From: Kiritimatiellia bacterium
Lineage (GTDB): Bacteria; Verrucomicrobiota; Kiritimatiellia; RFP12; JBMNHG01
Assembly (NCBI GenBank): GCA_050950285.1
Contig: JBMNHG010000011.1
Location: forward strand, 62,001 to 126,000
DNA length: 64,000 bases
Direction of reading: 5' to 3'
Made by a program: the position numbers and the translations under genes. A model generated the notes under the pieces. That model was not told the DNA's origin, searched no databases, and saw only the letters and a program-made list of their open reading frames with translations. Each line of letters begins with the position of its first letter. Position 1 is the first letter of the stretch. Shown one piece after another: positions 18,149 to 28,815 of this stretch.

Positions 18149-21100
18149 ATGCGCAATCGATTCTTGTCCACGGTGTTCTCGGGTGTTTTTACGGCGATGG
18201 CTTTGCTGGCGCCTGCCCCGGCGGCCGCCGACACGACGATCGTCGATGACACGGCGATGTTCTCGTGGACTTTGGCTTCCGGCACGACGATCGTCGACGG
18301 GGCCTGGGTCAAAGTTCGAACCAACGACGATTCCGAAAGCCTGGTCGACAGCGGAACGTTGATCCAGGCGGGCAGGACGCTGGAGTTGAAGAACGGCGCC
18401 CGGGTTTCCACGGTCGGCCTCCGGCATAACACCGGCAGCGCCATCGCGATCAACAGCGGTTCGACCCTCGCGTACTCGCGGCCGTTTTTGGATGCCGACC
18501 TTTCCGGCGCGAAGAAGTTCGGCACGGTGTCGATCGACGGAGGTTCCGTGGCCGGGTTCGACCTGCATGCCTTGCACCCGTCTGGCTCGAGCGTCTTGCT
18601 CCCGTGGGCTTCCTGGTTCGCCTGCGTGGATTCGATCGCCGTCGGAAACAACGGCGCCACCTTCCTCACGCCCTCGAAACTCGCTTCCCTCGGGCCCCGG
18701 CTCGTGGCCGCCGACGGCGCCACGAATGCGTCGGTGACCGTCGACGGCGCGGCGGCGCTCGGCATGCGCTCCACGGCGCTGCCGGTGGCGGTGGCGTCGG
18801 GCGGCGTCCGTTTCGGCGTCCGCGACACGATGGCCTCCACCCGGAATCTCGCCGGGACGGTGGCGTTCGCTCCTGGAACCACGCTTCATCTTTCCGGGGA
18901 TCATTCCGCCGCGAAAATGGATGTGTCGTCCGCCCAGACGATCCTGTTGCATTCCGCCGGACTCGAGTCCGAGCGCGGAAACTGGGTGCGCAACGGATGG
19001 GCGACGATCCGGCCCGACGGCTATCTCCAGCTCGGCGATTCCAATGAGGCCTGGAACGACAAACTGTCCAACGGCTCCGTTTTCCGTCGCGAGAAGTTCC
19101 CGGTCGACACGTCGTTCACGGTCACGTTCAGCGCCATCGAAATGAACAACCGCGGAGGATCGTGGTATGATCAGGCGGGCGGCTTCGCGATCGTCTTCCA
19201 CAATTCATCCGCCGGGCTGGCCGCCGTGTCGACCGCGACCGGTCCCGCCGGGGCGTCGCTTGGCGGTTATTCCGGGACGGTGCAGCAAAACGCCGCGGCG
19301 GTCATCTTCACGGCCAACGACATTCCCAACCCCGCCGTGCGCAAGGTGTTCCTGGGCACGGGTTCCACGGTGACGGAGCTTGGCGGCTTCAATGCCTGGG
19401 ACACCATCACCAAGCGGAACTTCAATGCGCCGGTCCGATTCACCTTCGACTACGATGCCGTCAACAAGCGGGGCTCGGTTGCGATCGTCGATTCGCAGGA
19501 TGCCGGCGCGGCCGTGCAGTCTTTCGAGTTCGATCTCGATCTGGCGGCGCTGGTCGGGGCGGGGGAGGCGTATTTCGGGTTCACCGGCTCTTCCTACGGG
19601 GGATGGAAGGAAGGCGTCCACGTGATCGGGCAGGTCGACTACAAGCTGGCCGAGAGCGCGCCTCGCGTCTCCAAAGTCGGCGGCGCGATGGATCTGTCCG
19701 CCGGGGCGACGAGGAACTTCCGGACAAACGGAAGCGAACTCAACCACGGCTTCCTGATGGACACGCTCGTCTACGGGAATGGCACCACGCTGGACATCGC
19801 CAAACTCAACGAGAAGGACGACGCCTCCTCGTATGTCGGCTTCGAGAACCATTCCGGCTCCGGCACGCTGGTGAAGAGCGGCGCCGGGAACATCGGCTTC
19901 GCCGGTTCCGCAGCCCAAAACGTGGCGTTGAACGTGGCGGAGGGCGGCGTCGTGCTCCATGACGGCAAAGCGGGAGCCGATCCCACCGGCTGGGACTGGG
20001 TGTATTCCGACGGCCGCCAGGGCTCCGACTACCGCACCGTCGGGGATCATGGCGGCGTGGTCGTCGGCTGCGGCACCTACAACGCGGGATTCTGCGCAAC
20101 CACGAAAGACAAGTTCGACGTGTCCGGCGACTGGAGGTTTTCGGTCGACGTGTATCCCACGGGGCTGAATGCGGACGATTCGGTGGCCACGGATGCGATA
20201 GGCTACGCCTTCGGTCTCGCCTTCCACGATGATCCGCGCGGCGTCGGCTACACCCCGTCGACGGGGCATACGGCCGGTCTCTGCAATTCGCTGAAATACG
20301 GTGCCGGATGGGTGGCCTGCCCGTGCATCTGGTGCGGCGAGAATCGCCGGTTCGGTGCGCTCTTTTTCAATCCGTCCAATCCCGAGCACGCCTGCACCTA
20401 TCCCAACTACAGCGGCGGGACGACGCCCTTCACCCCCACTGCGATCGTGAATGGCGACGTCGTGCATGTGACGATGGAGTACTCGTCGGCCACGAAGGTC
20501 ATGACCTATTGGGTCGCCCACAACGACGAGGAGGGGCAAACGGTCACCTTTGCGGACGATCTCTCGGCACGCATCCGGTCGGGGCTGGCCCATCTGACGC
20601 TGAGCATCGGCACGAAAGACGCCAAAGGCATGCGCTGCGAATTTGCGAACATGAAGTTCGAACGCCTGGACGGCAAGAGCGAGGCCGTTTCGGTCGATTC
20701 GCTGGCTTCGCTGGCTTCGTCCGTCGCGGAATTGCCGGTGCGTTGCGAAGCGTCCGTCGCGGGTTCGTCCTTTGCGATCGAGACGGTGACGCTGCCGGAA
20801 AACGGCGGCCTGGCGGTCGCGGCCCCGTACGCGGCGGCCACGCTCCAGGTGGGAACGCTCGCGACGACGGCGGATGGGCGGACGTCGCTGGCCCTCGACG
20901 AAAACGCCACGGTGTCCGTGCAGACGTTTTCCGGGGCGAAGACGGTCACGGTCGAGTCCGGCACCCTGAAACTGACGTCGGTGGCGGCGTTGGATCGCGA
21001 TGCCGAATTGCTGTTGCTCGACGATGCCAAACTTGACCTCGATTTCGTGGGTACGATGCCTTTGCGTCGGGTCAAGCGCAATGGCGCCTTCGTCGGCGCC

Positions 21101-21184
21101 GTCCTGAATGCCGCCACCTGCGACTGGGTGGAGGGCACGGGTTCGCTCGCGAATGGTTTCGGAACGACGGTGATCCTCCGATGA
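18149..21184 (+). CDS. secreted passenger-like protein with two L-type (legume) lectin-like domains and terminal GTTVILR motif
   Basis: Signal peptide MRNRFLS...APAAA; WVRNGWAT...LQL, SFTVTF, GGFAIVFHN, AYFGFTGS; second copy FDVSGDWRFS, YAFGLAFHDD; GSGTLVKSGAG passenger repeat. Confidence 0.8.
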   Translation: MRNRFLSTVFSGVFTAMALLAPAPAAADTTIVDDTAMFSWTLASGTTIVDGAWVKVRTNDDSESLVDSGTLIQAGRTLELKNGARVSTVGLRHNTGSAIAINSGSTLAYSRPFLDADLSGAKKFGTVSIDGGSVAGFDLHALHPSGSSVLLPWASWFACVDSIAVGNNGATFLTPSKLASLGPRLVAADGATNASVTVDGAAALGMRSTALPVAVASGGVRFGVRDTMASTRNLAGTVAFAPGTTLHLSGDHSAAKMDVSSAQTILLHSAGLESERGNWVRNGWATIRPDGYLQLGDSNEAWNDKLSNGSVFRREKFPVDTSFTVTFSAIEMNNRGGSWYDQAGGFAIVFHNSSAGLAAVSTATGPAGASLGGYSGTVQQNAAAVIFTANDIPNPAVRKVFLGTGSTVTELGGFNAWDTITKRNFNAPVRFTFDYDAVNKRGSVAIVDSQDAGAAVQSFEFDLDLAALVGAGEAYFGFTGSSYGGWKEGVHVIGQVDYKLAESAPRVSKVGGAMDLSAGATRNFRTNGSELNHGFLMDTLVYGNGTTLDIAKLNEKDDASSYVGFENHSGSGTLVKSGAGNIGFAGSAAQNVALNVAEGGVVLHDGKAGADPTGWDWVYSDGRQGSDYRTVGDHGGVVVGCGTYNAGFCATTKDKFDVSGDWRFSVDVYPTGLNADDSVATDAIGYAFGLAFHDDPRGVGYTPSTGHTAGLCNSLKYGAGWVACPCIWCGENRRFGALFFNPSNPEHACTYPNYSGGTTPFTPTAIVNGDVVHVTMEYSSATKVMTYWVAHNDEEGQTVTFADDLSARIRSGLAHLTLSIGTKDAKGMRCEFANMKFERLDGKSEAVSVDSLASLASSVAELPVRCEASVAGSSFAIETVTLPENGGLAVAAPYAAATLQVGTLATTADGRTSLALDENATVSVQTFSGAKTVTVESGTLKLTSVAALDRDAELLLLDDAKLDLDFVGTMPLRRVKRNGAFVGAVLNAATCDWVEGTGSLANGFGTTVILR

Positions 21185-23379
21185 AGAACGCCATGTACGC
21201 TTGTCTTGCCGCCACCCTGCTGCTCCAGGGTGTTTCGACCGCCGACGACGGTGCCGCCAGCCTGGATGCGTTGCTGGCCGGCGCCCGCCGCGATCTGGCC
21301 GAGCTGTCCGCGATACAGTCCCGGTTGGAGGCGAGGGGCGTCGGACAGTATTCGCGCATGCAGTGCGAGGTGGCGGCGTGGTGTCTGGACGGCATGGAGA
21401 AGGAGGAACTCCCCAAAGGGTTCGTCGATCGCGTCCGGCGCGAGATCCGCGAACTGGAATCCTTCTTGGGGCCGGCCTTGGCGCGAGCGCGGGAGATCGA
21501 TGCGGGAAGGCTCTCCGATCCCGCCGTGCCGCGTTTCAAGTCCGGCGGCGCCGTGCGAGCGGATGGCTCGCTGCTGCGAGGCGACCGCGTCTGGCCGGAC
21601 GGACGCGTCGAGAAGGACGTCCCGCTCATCTTCACGGGATGGGGGCATTTCGGCCGCGCGCAGAAGGAGACGCCCATCCTCGAGAAGATGGGGTTCGATT
21701 TCATCCAGATGGAGTCCGGGCTCTACCGGTTCCTGCCGAACGCGACCACGACGAACGAAGACGCGATTGCCGAGTTCATCGCCGTCGCCGACCGGGCCTA
21801 CGCCGCGAACACGCGCGTCGACCTCCTGTTTTCCCCGCACTACATCCCCGGCTGGGTGAACGCGCTCGTGCCGAAGGACAACGGCGAATGCAAGAACGGC
21901 TTCATCCATTGCTGCATCCACAACCGCGCGGTGTCGGACGTGATCGCGCGCTATTGCTCGGTGATCGCCTCCCTGGCGAAGGACCACCCCGCGCTGCACG
22001 CCTTCTGCCTGACCAACGAACCGCATAGCGGCAGGATCCAGGAATGCCGCGAGGTGCGGCGCCAATGGGCGGAACACCTGAAAATGAAGTTCGACTCGGT
22101 CGAGTCGCTGAACGCGGCCTGGGGGACCTCCCATGCGGAATTCGAGGACGTCGAGCTGCAGGCGTTCCCCGAACTCGCGGCGACGCCGGCGGCGCTGGAG
22201 TACATCCGCTTCGACCGCGCGCTCAGCACGGCTTTCCACAAGAAGCTGATCGACGCCACGAAAGCCGCGGCTCCCGACGTGCCCGTCCACAGCAAGGTCG
22301 TCGCGAACGAGGAGTTCTTCGGCAAGGCGTTCGAGACCTTCTGGTCGATCGACCTCGTCGCCTTTGCGAGGATGTTCGACTACCTCGACCAGGATGCGCT
22401 GTGCTTCCATCTCGACGATCCGAACGAGCGATACGCCGCGCGCTGGAAGGAGAACGAGGCCGCTTACGATTTCCTGAAGAGTTTCGCGGCGAAGCCCCTC
22501 GTCAATACCGAGAACCACAACATTGTCGACAAGCACAGGGGCGAAGTGCCGTCGGAACACGTCTACGCGACGCTTTGGCAGCAGGCGATCCACGGGCAGA
22601 CCGCGGCCGCGATCTGGTGCTGGGAACGGGGGCTGGACGAGAAGTCGATCATGGTCGGCCTCGCCCCCGAGCATCCGAACTGCCTCGAGGCGCTAGGACG
22701 CTGCTCGCTCGACTTGAAGCGGCTTTCGGTCGAAATCGCGCCCTTGCAGGCGCAGCGCCCGACGATCCTCGTCCTGCGATCGCTTTCGAGCGCGGTGCTG
22801 CGGGACCGAACGGATGGACAGGATGCGCTTTCCGCATACGCCGCGGCCACCTTCCTCGGCGAGACGGTCGGCTTCATCACCGACGACACGCTCGAGGAAT
22901 ACGCCCGGGACGGCGTCCGCGGACTTCCACTCGACACCGCGAAGGTGATCCTGCTGCCGTCCGTCACCCACCTGCCGCGCCAGGCATTTGACGCATTGCG
23001 GAAGCTGGAGGAAGAGGGGGTGCAAATACTGGCTTTCGGCGACGAGCTTCGTGCGGACGACTGCAACAGGCCGATGGAGGCGGCGTCCCCTTGGCCCAGC
23101 CTGGCGGGGACGGACGACGCCGAGATTTTCGACGTGCTGGTTGCGCGGATGGACCGGCTCGCCCTGGATGGCAAGCCCCGGCTCGCGGCGCCGGTTTTCG
23201 GCGTCGAAACGCGCGGCTATCTCGCGGAGGACGGCCGGCGGCGCATCGCGCTGTGCAACCAGCTCCGGAAACCGGTTGCCGTCGAGCTGGAATCGGAAGG
23301 CGTCGATCTCATCACGGGGCAGAAGACCGCAAGGTCGTTCGAGCTCAAGTCGCGCATGCCGATGTTCGTGGAATATTGA
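21181..23379 (+). CDS. secreted GH42-like beta-galactosidase
   Basis: Signal peptide; FSPHYIPGW, LTNEP (acid/base), SLNAAWGT, VNTENH (nucleophile), trimerisation-like KVILLPSVTHL. Confidence 0.8.
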   Translation: MKNAMYACLAATLLLQGVSTADDGAASLDALLAGARRDLAELSAIQSRLEARGVGQYSRMQCEVAAWCLDGMEKEELPKGFVDRVRREIRELESFLGPALARAREIDAGRLSDPAVPRFKSGGAVRADGSLLRGDRVWPDGRVEKDVPLIFTGWGHFGRAQKETPILEKMGFDFIQMESGLYRFLPNATTTNEDAIAEFIAVADRAYAANTRVDLLFSPHYIPGWVNALVPKDNGECKNGFIHCCIHNRAVSDVIARYCSVIASLAKDHPALHAFCLTNEPHSGRIQECREVRRQWAEHLKMKFDSVESLNAAWGTSHAEFEDVELQAFPELAATPAALEYIRFDRALSTAFHKKLIDATKAAAPDVPVHSKVVANEEFFGKAFETFWSIDLVAFARMFDYLDQDALCFHLDDPNERYAARWKENEAAYDFLKSFAAKPLVNTENHNIVDKHRGEVPSEHVYATLWQQAIHGQTAAAIWCWERGLDEKSIMVGLAPEHPNCLEALGRCSLDLKRLSVEIAPLQAQRPTILVLRSLSSAVLRDRTDGQDALSAYAAATFLGETVGFITDDTLEEYARDGVRGLPLDTAKVILLPSVTHLPRQAFDALRKLEEEGVQILAFGDELRADDCNRPMEAASPWPSLAGTDDAEIFDVLVARMDRLALDGKPRLAAPVFGVETRGYLAEDGRRRIALCNQLRKPVAVELESEGVDLITGQKTARSFELKSRMPMFVEY

Positions 23380-23406
23380 CCAGGGCGATGGGCGGAGGGC
23401 AGACGA

Positions 23407-25050
23407 ATGGACAAGATCGCGTTGACATCCGCGAGTTCCGGGACGTCCCCGCACGAAGCCGGCGTGCGCGATTTTGCGCCCACGCTGAAACCCTCGCAAC
23501 TGGAATTCCGGATTCGCCTCGCCGTGAAGCGTCTCCATTCCTATCCTGCGGATTCACTGGACTTCATCATGGAGGACCTCGAGCATCCGAAGGATTCCAT
23601 ACGCCATGCGCACCACTGCACGGCGGACATGACGGGGCGGACGATCGAGTTCTTTGGCGAGGCCATGCAGCTTCTGCCCGATCTTGACCGGAAGCCTGCG
23701 GAAATGCTTTTCGAACGCATGCTGAAGGCAGCTCCCGCATCGCCGCACCTTGCGCGACGGTTTTATCCGTATTACCGGCTGACGAAAGATCGCCGTGCGC
23801 TCGCGACGATCCTGGAGAACCTCGAAAGGTGCGAGGCTGCCGCGAAGTCGGCGGAAGGTCCGGCGTCCTTTGACAGCCCCTGGGCGAGCGTGATCGAGGG
23901 GATGGCCGATCGCTACGCGGAGACCCGCGACCGCCGCTGGCTCGATCTTGCCGAGGCCTACCAGGAACCCTCGCTCAAGACGGCGGGACGGCATGCGCAC
24001 GGACGGCTCACGGTCTTGCGGGCGCTCCTGAAAATGGCGAGGGTCAGCGGCGAGCGGAAGTTCCTGGATCGCGTCGAATCCGAATATCCGGAGCTTCTCG
24101 ACGCGGAACATGCGGACGGCTCGATCGCCGAGACGCTGCCGGACAGTTTCCGGACCGAAGGCTGCAGCATTGGCGACTGGCTGATCCTGAATCTCCGCCG
24201 ATGGGATCTGCTTCGGGACGGGCGATCGCTTGACCGCGCCGAACATACGCTTGTCAACGCCCTCTGGTTCAACCAGTTCGTGACCGGAGGCTTCGGCCAC
24301 CGGGATTTCCTTGGCCGAGGCTACGACAGCGGAGTCGAGGAGGCCTGGTGGTGCTGCACCATGTCCGGCGGCATGGCGATGTGCGAATTCGCACGGCACG
24401 CGGTCCAGCTCGTGGACGGAGTCATTCGCATCAACTTTCTCGTCCCCGGCATCTATCGCCTGGATGACGGGAAGGACGCGATGACCGTCGATCTCGATTC
24501 TTCTTATCCCGCCCGCTACGAGGCGACGGTGAAGACGGTCGGCGCCGGGGGGCGCGAGGTCGTTTTTCGCGTACCGGGCTATGTGAAGAACGCGAAAACG
24601 TCTCGGGAGGGCGATGTGTGGACGCTGCAAGGCGATATCGGGCACCATGCGGAGAAACGCCGCGGCGGCTGGACGGTCAAGTACGGGCCGCTCATGCTGG
24701 CGCCGATGATCTATTACTGGAAGAACGTCGGCAAGGTCTCCGAAGACGTCCCGAAAGGGTATGTCCCGGAATCGATCGAGCCCGAGGGGTTCGCCGTCGT
24801 CGAACCGAAGGAAAAGGACGGGAACGGCTTCTGGAAGGTCCGCGGCGGCGCCGCCGGACTTCCCGAGTGGCCGGCATACGACGACGGCCGCAATTCCCGC
24901 ACCGGGACGGATTTCCTGGCGCCCGCCTGGCTTGAGACCGTTGACGGCGCCGGCGTCCGGCGCGAACTGTATTTTCAACCCATGTCGTATCAGACGAGCA
25001 ACCTGACGCTGAGGTACGTGCCGATGGTGTTTGGTTTGATCGAGCGATGA
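23407..25050 (+). CDS. GH127/GH146-like beta-L-arabinofuranosidase family protein
   Basis: TEGCSIGDW, DRAEHTLVNAL, EAWWCCT, FRVPGY, YGPLMLA. Confidence 0.75.
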   Translation: MDKIALTSASSGTSPHEAGVRDFAPTLKPSQLEFRIRLAVKRLHSYPADSLDFIMEDLEHPKDSIRHAHHCTADMTGRTIEFFGEAMQLLPDLDRKPAEMLFERMLKAAPASPHLARRFYPYYRLTKDRRALATILENLERCEAAAKSAEGPASFDSPWASVIEGMADRYAETRDRRWLDLAEAYQEPSLKTAGRHAHGRLTVLRALLKMARVSGERKFLDRVESEYPELLDAEHADGSIAETLPDSFRTEGCSIGDWLILNLRRWDLLRDGRSLDRAEHTLVNALWFNQFVTGGFGHRDFLGRGYDSGVEEAWWCCTMSGGMAMCEFARHAVQLVDGVIRINFLVPGIYRLDDGKDAMTVDLDSSYPARYEATVKTVGAGGREVVFRVPGYVKNAKTSREGDVWTLQGDIGHHAEKRRGGWTVKYGPLMLAPMIYYWKNVGKVSEDVPKGYVPESIEPEGFAVVEPKEKDGNGFWKVRGGAAGLPEWPAYDDGRNSRTGTDFLAPAWLETVDGAGVRRELYFQPMSYQTSNLTLRYVPMVFGLIER

Positions 25051-26438
25051 ATCCGAAGGAAGGGATCGACATGAATGCTTCCTGCCTGTCCGGCGCGGCG
25101 CCGGCGAGCCCCGGCGCGAACAGGGCAGACCTGCCCCGGCTTCACGGCGACGGCGTGAACGACGACACGGCGGCGATCCAGGCGCGGCTCGACAGCGGGC
25201 TGAGCTGCGTCCATCTTCCGCCGCCGGCGAAGGAATACCTCATCTCGAAGACGCTGCTCATCGGTTCCGAACAGGAGCTGCGGCTTGATCGCATGACGCG
25301 CATCCGCCTTGCGCCGTGGTCCAACTGCCCGATGCTCGAGAACCGCAACCAGAAGACCGGGGACAAGCGCATTGCGGTGACCGGCGGCATCTGGGACTGC
25401 GACAACGTCAGCCAGCGCTGCAATCCCGGGCTCTGGAAGCTCGCCGACGACCCCGAAAAGCACAAGCCGACGGAGTACCCCGACCGCAAGTACCACGAAG
25501 GGCGCTACATCGGCGTCGGGATGAATTTCTACAAGGTCGAGGGGATCGCCGTGCGGAACCTCACCATCCGGAATCCCGTCATGTATTCCGCCAAGTTCTG
25601 CCACGTTTCGTATTTCACGATCGAGGACATCGAGTGCGACCAGTCCAAGTGGAATCCTGCGAAGTCGAACATGGACGGCATCCATCTCGACGGCAACTGC
25701 CACCATGGACGCATCGCGAACATCCGGGGGACGACCTTCGACGACCTGATCGCGCTCAATGCGAACGACGGCTTCTGCGCCCAGGAGGAGGGGCCGATAT
25801 CCGACATCGAGATCGACGGCGTCTTCGCCGACTATTCCCACAGCGCGGTTCGCATTCTGTCCGCGTCGAAGGAGGCGCCGGTCGAGCGTGTCACCATCCG
25901 AGGCATCCACGGAAACTTCTACCGCTACATGGTCGGCCTGACGCGCTTCTTCCATCAACGCCCCGGCCGCGGCGTCATCGACGACATTGTGATCGAGGAC
26001 TGCTACTGCGGCTTGGCGCCGTGGCCGGACGACCTGCCGCCGCTGGTTCGCGGATGGTTTTCCCACATGCCGGTCGTTTTCTGCGACAACGGCGTCGATA
26101 TCGGCGATCTGACGGTGCGCGGACTGCATCGTGTGGAACGTTCCGATCCCGCCCCGACGATTTCCGTCGGGAGCGGCACGACCATCGCCAATCTTGTCGT
26201 GCGGGACTGCGTGCAGGAGAACCGCACCGATCGTCCGCTCGTCTTTTTGCAAAATCGCGGAAAAATCGTGAAAAAGACGATGGACGCCATCGCGCTGCAT
26301 GCGGCTCCAGGGGCGGCGGAGAACATCCTCGAAACCGAGGAGAAGCTCTGGACCGACAAGGGGCATGTCGCCGATCTCGTCAAGGAGGGCAAGCCGGTGG
26401 ACGGCTACTATCCCGACGCCAAACCCGGGGAATATTGA
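25047..26438 (+). CDS. right-handed beta-helix glycoside hydrolase (GH28-related), paralog of the 16617 gene
   Basis: GDGVNDDTAAIQ, NMDGIHLDG, FDDLIALNAND; no signal peptide; alternative start 25071. Confidence 0.8.
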   Translation: MNPKEGIDMNASCLSGAAPASPGANRADLPRLHGDGVNDDTAAIQARLDSGLSCVHLPPPAKEYLISKTLLIGSEQELRLDRMTRIRLAPWSNCPMLENRNQKTGDKRIAVTGGIWDCDNVSQRCNPGLWKLADDPEKHKPTEYPDRKYHEGRYIGVGMNFYKVEGIAVRNLTIRNPVMYSAKFCHVSYFTIEDIECDQSKWNPAKSNMDGIHLDGNCHHGRIANIRGTTFDDLIALNANDGFCAQEEGPISDIEIDGVFADYSHSAVRILSASKEAPVERVTIRGIHGNFYRYMVGLTRFFHQRPGRGVIDDIVIEDCYCGLAPWPDDLPPLVRGWFSHMPVVFCDNGVDIGDLTVRGLHRVERSDPAPTISVGSGTTIANLVVRDCVQENRTDRPLVFLQNRGKIVKKTMDAIALHAAPGAAENILETEEKLWTDKGHVADLVKEGKPVDGYYPDAKPGEY

Positions 26439-26452
26439 AAGGCAGATTGCCT

Positions 26453-28411
26453 ATGGAACATGATAATCGCGACGCGATGCCGGTCAACGGCTGCCTGCCG
26501 GACGAAGATGCGGAGGCCGTGGCCGAGAAGCTGCGGCGGTTGAAAGCAAGCTGCGGCATCGCGAACTTCGTTCTCTACGGCCCGACGCACGTCGTCCGCC
26601 AGACAGGCTATTGGGATGTTGACGACTATCGCAAGCTCGGGCGGAAGTTCCGCGCCGTCGCCGACCTCGTCCGGTCGGACGGCATCCAGACCGGCTTTTT
26701 TGCGATGCCCACGATGAATGTGGGGGTGAACCACCCCTGGCGGGCGTACGTCCGCGCAGACGGACAGGAGCGCCCTTTTACGCCGTGCCCCGCCGATCCG
26801 GGGTTCCGAGCGCATTTCGCCGAGAAATTCGCGGCGTTCTCCGCAGAGTTCCGTCCCTTTCTCTTCATGATGGATGACGACTTCCGCTATTTCTTCGACG
26901 GCTGCTTCTGCGAAGAACATGTGAGGCGCTTCGCGGATCTGACAGGCGTCGGCCGTACCCGCGAGGAGCTTGCGGCCCTTTTCTCCACGCCCGCAGGCGA
27001 TGCGCTGCGTGCCGCTTGGCACCGAATGCAGGCGGACGATGTGAGGGCCGTTGCGGCCGCCGCCTCCGCCGCCATCGCGCAGGCGTCGCCGGAAACGCGT
27101 ATTGGCATTTGCGCGCCGGGCGCCTATCCCGAGGACGAGACGGCGGCGCTCGCTCGCATCCTCGCAGGCAGGCACCGCCCGGTCGTCCGTTGGTGGGGTG
27201 CGATCTACGACTTCGACCGTCCGGTCGACCTGGCGGGGATCCTCTTCTCCGCGCAGTGGGCGCGCGAGAACCTGCCGAGGGACATCGAGGCCCTCTACGA
27301 GAGCGACCCCGTTCCGCACTCGGCGTTTTATGCGTCCGGCGCGCGCACCGCCGCGCTGTGCTCGTGTGTGAGCGCGCTTGGTTTCGACGGCATCTACCAC
27401 TTTGGCGTCGGCTTGACGGCCGAGGATCTTCGCACATCCGAGTACCTGGACGAATACCGCCGCGAATCGACGCGCTGGCACGAGCTGATGCGACGGGCGC
27501 AGGAGGGACGCAGCGTCGGCGTCGGCGTCGCCTACGAGCCATCGTTGCGTTTCAGGGCCTCGACGAACGAACGCCGGATCGAGGTCGAGGCCGCGGCTCG
27601 AACATTCAACCTGCTGGGCATCCCGATGACGACGGAGCCGTCGGTCGTGACGGCGTATGTCGGCGCCGCCGCGTTTGAGGGGAAATCGGACGAAGAGGTC
27701 CGCCGAATCCTCTCCGGCCGCGTCTTCCTCGACGGCGCGGCGGCCGAAGCGCTGACGGCGAGGGGGTTTTCGTCCGATATCGGCGCACGCGCGACGCCGC
27801 GCGACAAGATCGATTTCACAGGCGAGCGCGTTGTGGAGGACGGTGCGTTGCTGGCAAGCTACTTCCATCAGAACTTTGGCCTTGACGGCTCCGCCGTCTC
27901 GCGTGTGCTGCCGTGTGGCGCGCACGAGGATTCCGTTTACTACCGCACGGAACCGGCGGAATACGTGCAGGGGTCGCTCGTGCGGTTCGAAAACGCGCGG
28001 GGCGGACGCGTCGTCACGCTGGCGGCGAATCTCGCGTGGTGCAAATCGCCCAACGTCTTTTCGTTCCGCAAGCGCGAGCTGCTGGTGTCCGCGATCCGGT
28101 GGCTTGGCGGCGCGGACGCGCTCCCGGTCGTTGCGGATCGCGAGGCGGCCGTCCTGTTGATTGCCAACGAGGATGCCGCGAAAACCCGTCTGCTCGTCCA
28201 TGCCGTCAACCTCTCATGCGACGAGCGGCCGGGCTATGCGTTTGCCGTCTCGCCGCATTGGGTTGGCGGACGGGTCGAGCGACTGGAGGCGGACGGATCC
28301 TGGCGTGCCGCGGAGGCGGCGTGGACGGACGCTCAACTGACCATTCGGGGACGATTCCCCGTCTATCGTTCGCTGACGCTCAGGATCTTGAAGGAAAGTT
28401 CCAGATTATAG
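26453..28411 (+). CDS. uncharacterised putative glycoside hydrolase (barrel plus trimerisation-like domain)
   Basis: GAAAGG RBS before ATG 26453; PCPADPGF, FMMDDDFR, CFCEEH, VFLDGAAA, FENARGGRV; the upstream part of track ORF 25316 is an alternative-frame shadow. Confidence 0.6.
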   Translation: MEHDNRDAMPVNGCLPDEDAEAVAEKLRRLKASCGIANFVLYGPTHVVRQTGYWDVDDYRKLGRKFRAVADLVRSDGIQTGFFAMPTMNVGVNHPWRAYVRADGQERPFTPCPADPGFRAHFAEKFAAFSAEFRPFLFMMDDDFRYFFDGCFCEEHVRRFADLTGVGRTREELAALFSTPAGDALRAAWHRMQADDVRAVAAAASAAIAQASPETRIGICAPGAYPEDETAALARILAGRHRPVVRWWGAIYDFDRPVDLAGILFSAQWARENLPRDIEALYESDPVPHSAFYASGARTAALCSCVSALGFDGIYHFGVGLTAEDLRTSEYLDEYRRESTRWHELMRRAQEGRSVGVGVAYEPSLRFRASTNERRIEVEAAARTFNLLGIPMTTEPSVVTAYVGAAAFEGKSDEEVRRILSGRVFLDGAAAEALTARGFSSDIGARATPRDKIDFTGERVVEDGALLASYFHQNFGLDGSAVSRVLPCGAHEDSVYYRTEPAEYVQGSLVRFENARGGRVVTLAANLAWCKSPNVFSFRKRELLVSAIRWLGGADALPVVADREAAVLLIANEDAAKTRLLVHAVNLSCDERPGYAFAVSPHWVGGRVERLEADGSWRAAEAAWTDAQLTIRGRFPVYRSLTLRILKESSRL

Positions 28412-28436
28412 TGGTGTGGGGCAGGACGCGTTGGTT

Positions 28437-28456
28437 CGACAAAGTTCGCGACAAAG
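28437..28456. repeat. twin CGACAAAG motif, copy 1
   Basis: CGACAAAG at 28437-28444 and 28449-28456; same arrangement at 32186-32207. Confidence 0.6.
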
Positions 28457-28815
28457 TTTCTGAAAGCCGTTCGCGGCATGGAAGCATGTGCGCATGGGGG
28501 TATGGGAGTTGTCCATTGCCGTTCTCGTTCGCGTTCCCGGCGAAGCGGTACGGAAACGAGTGCGTCGATGACGCCCTTCGGAAACACGCCTTACACCGTC
28601 CCAACGGCCCACGCTTCCCCTTGTCATGGCCTGGGTTTTTCGCCTATGTTTTCCTTGGATTGATTGCGATGGGCTTGAAGGAGCCCAGGATCGGCCGAGG
28701 GCGAGGAAAACGGACAGGAATGACAGCGGGGAGCTCCGCCGCGAGGTCGATGCAGACGGTCGTGCCGTCGGGCAGGTCGTCCGGGCGCTCGGGGCGTCGG
28801 TCGATCCAGATGCCG

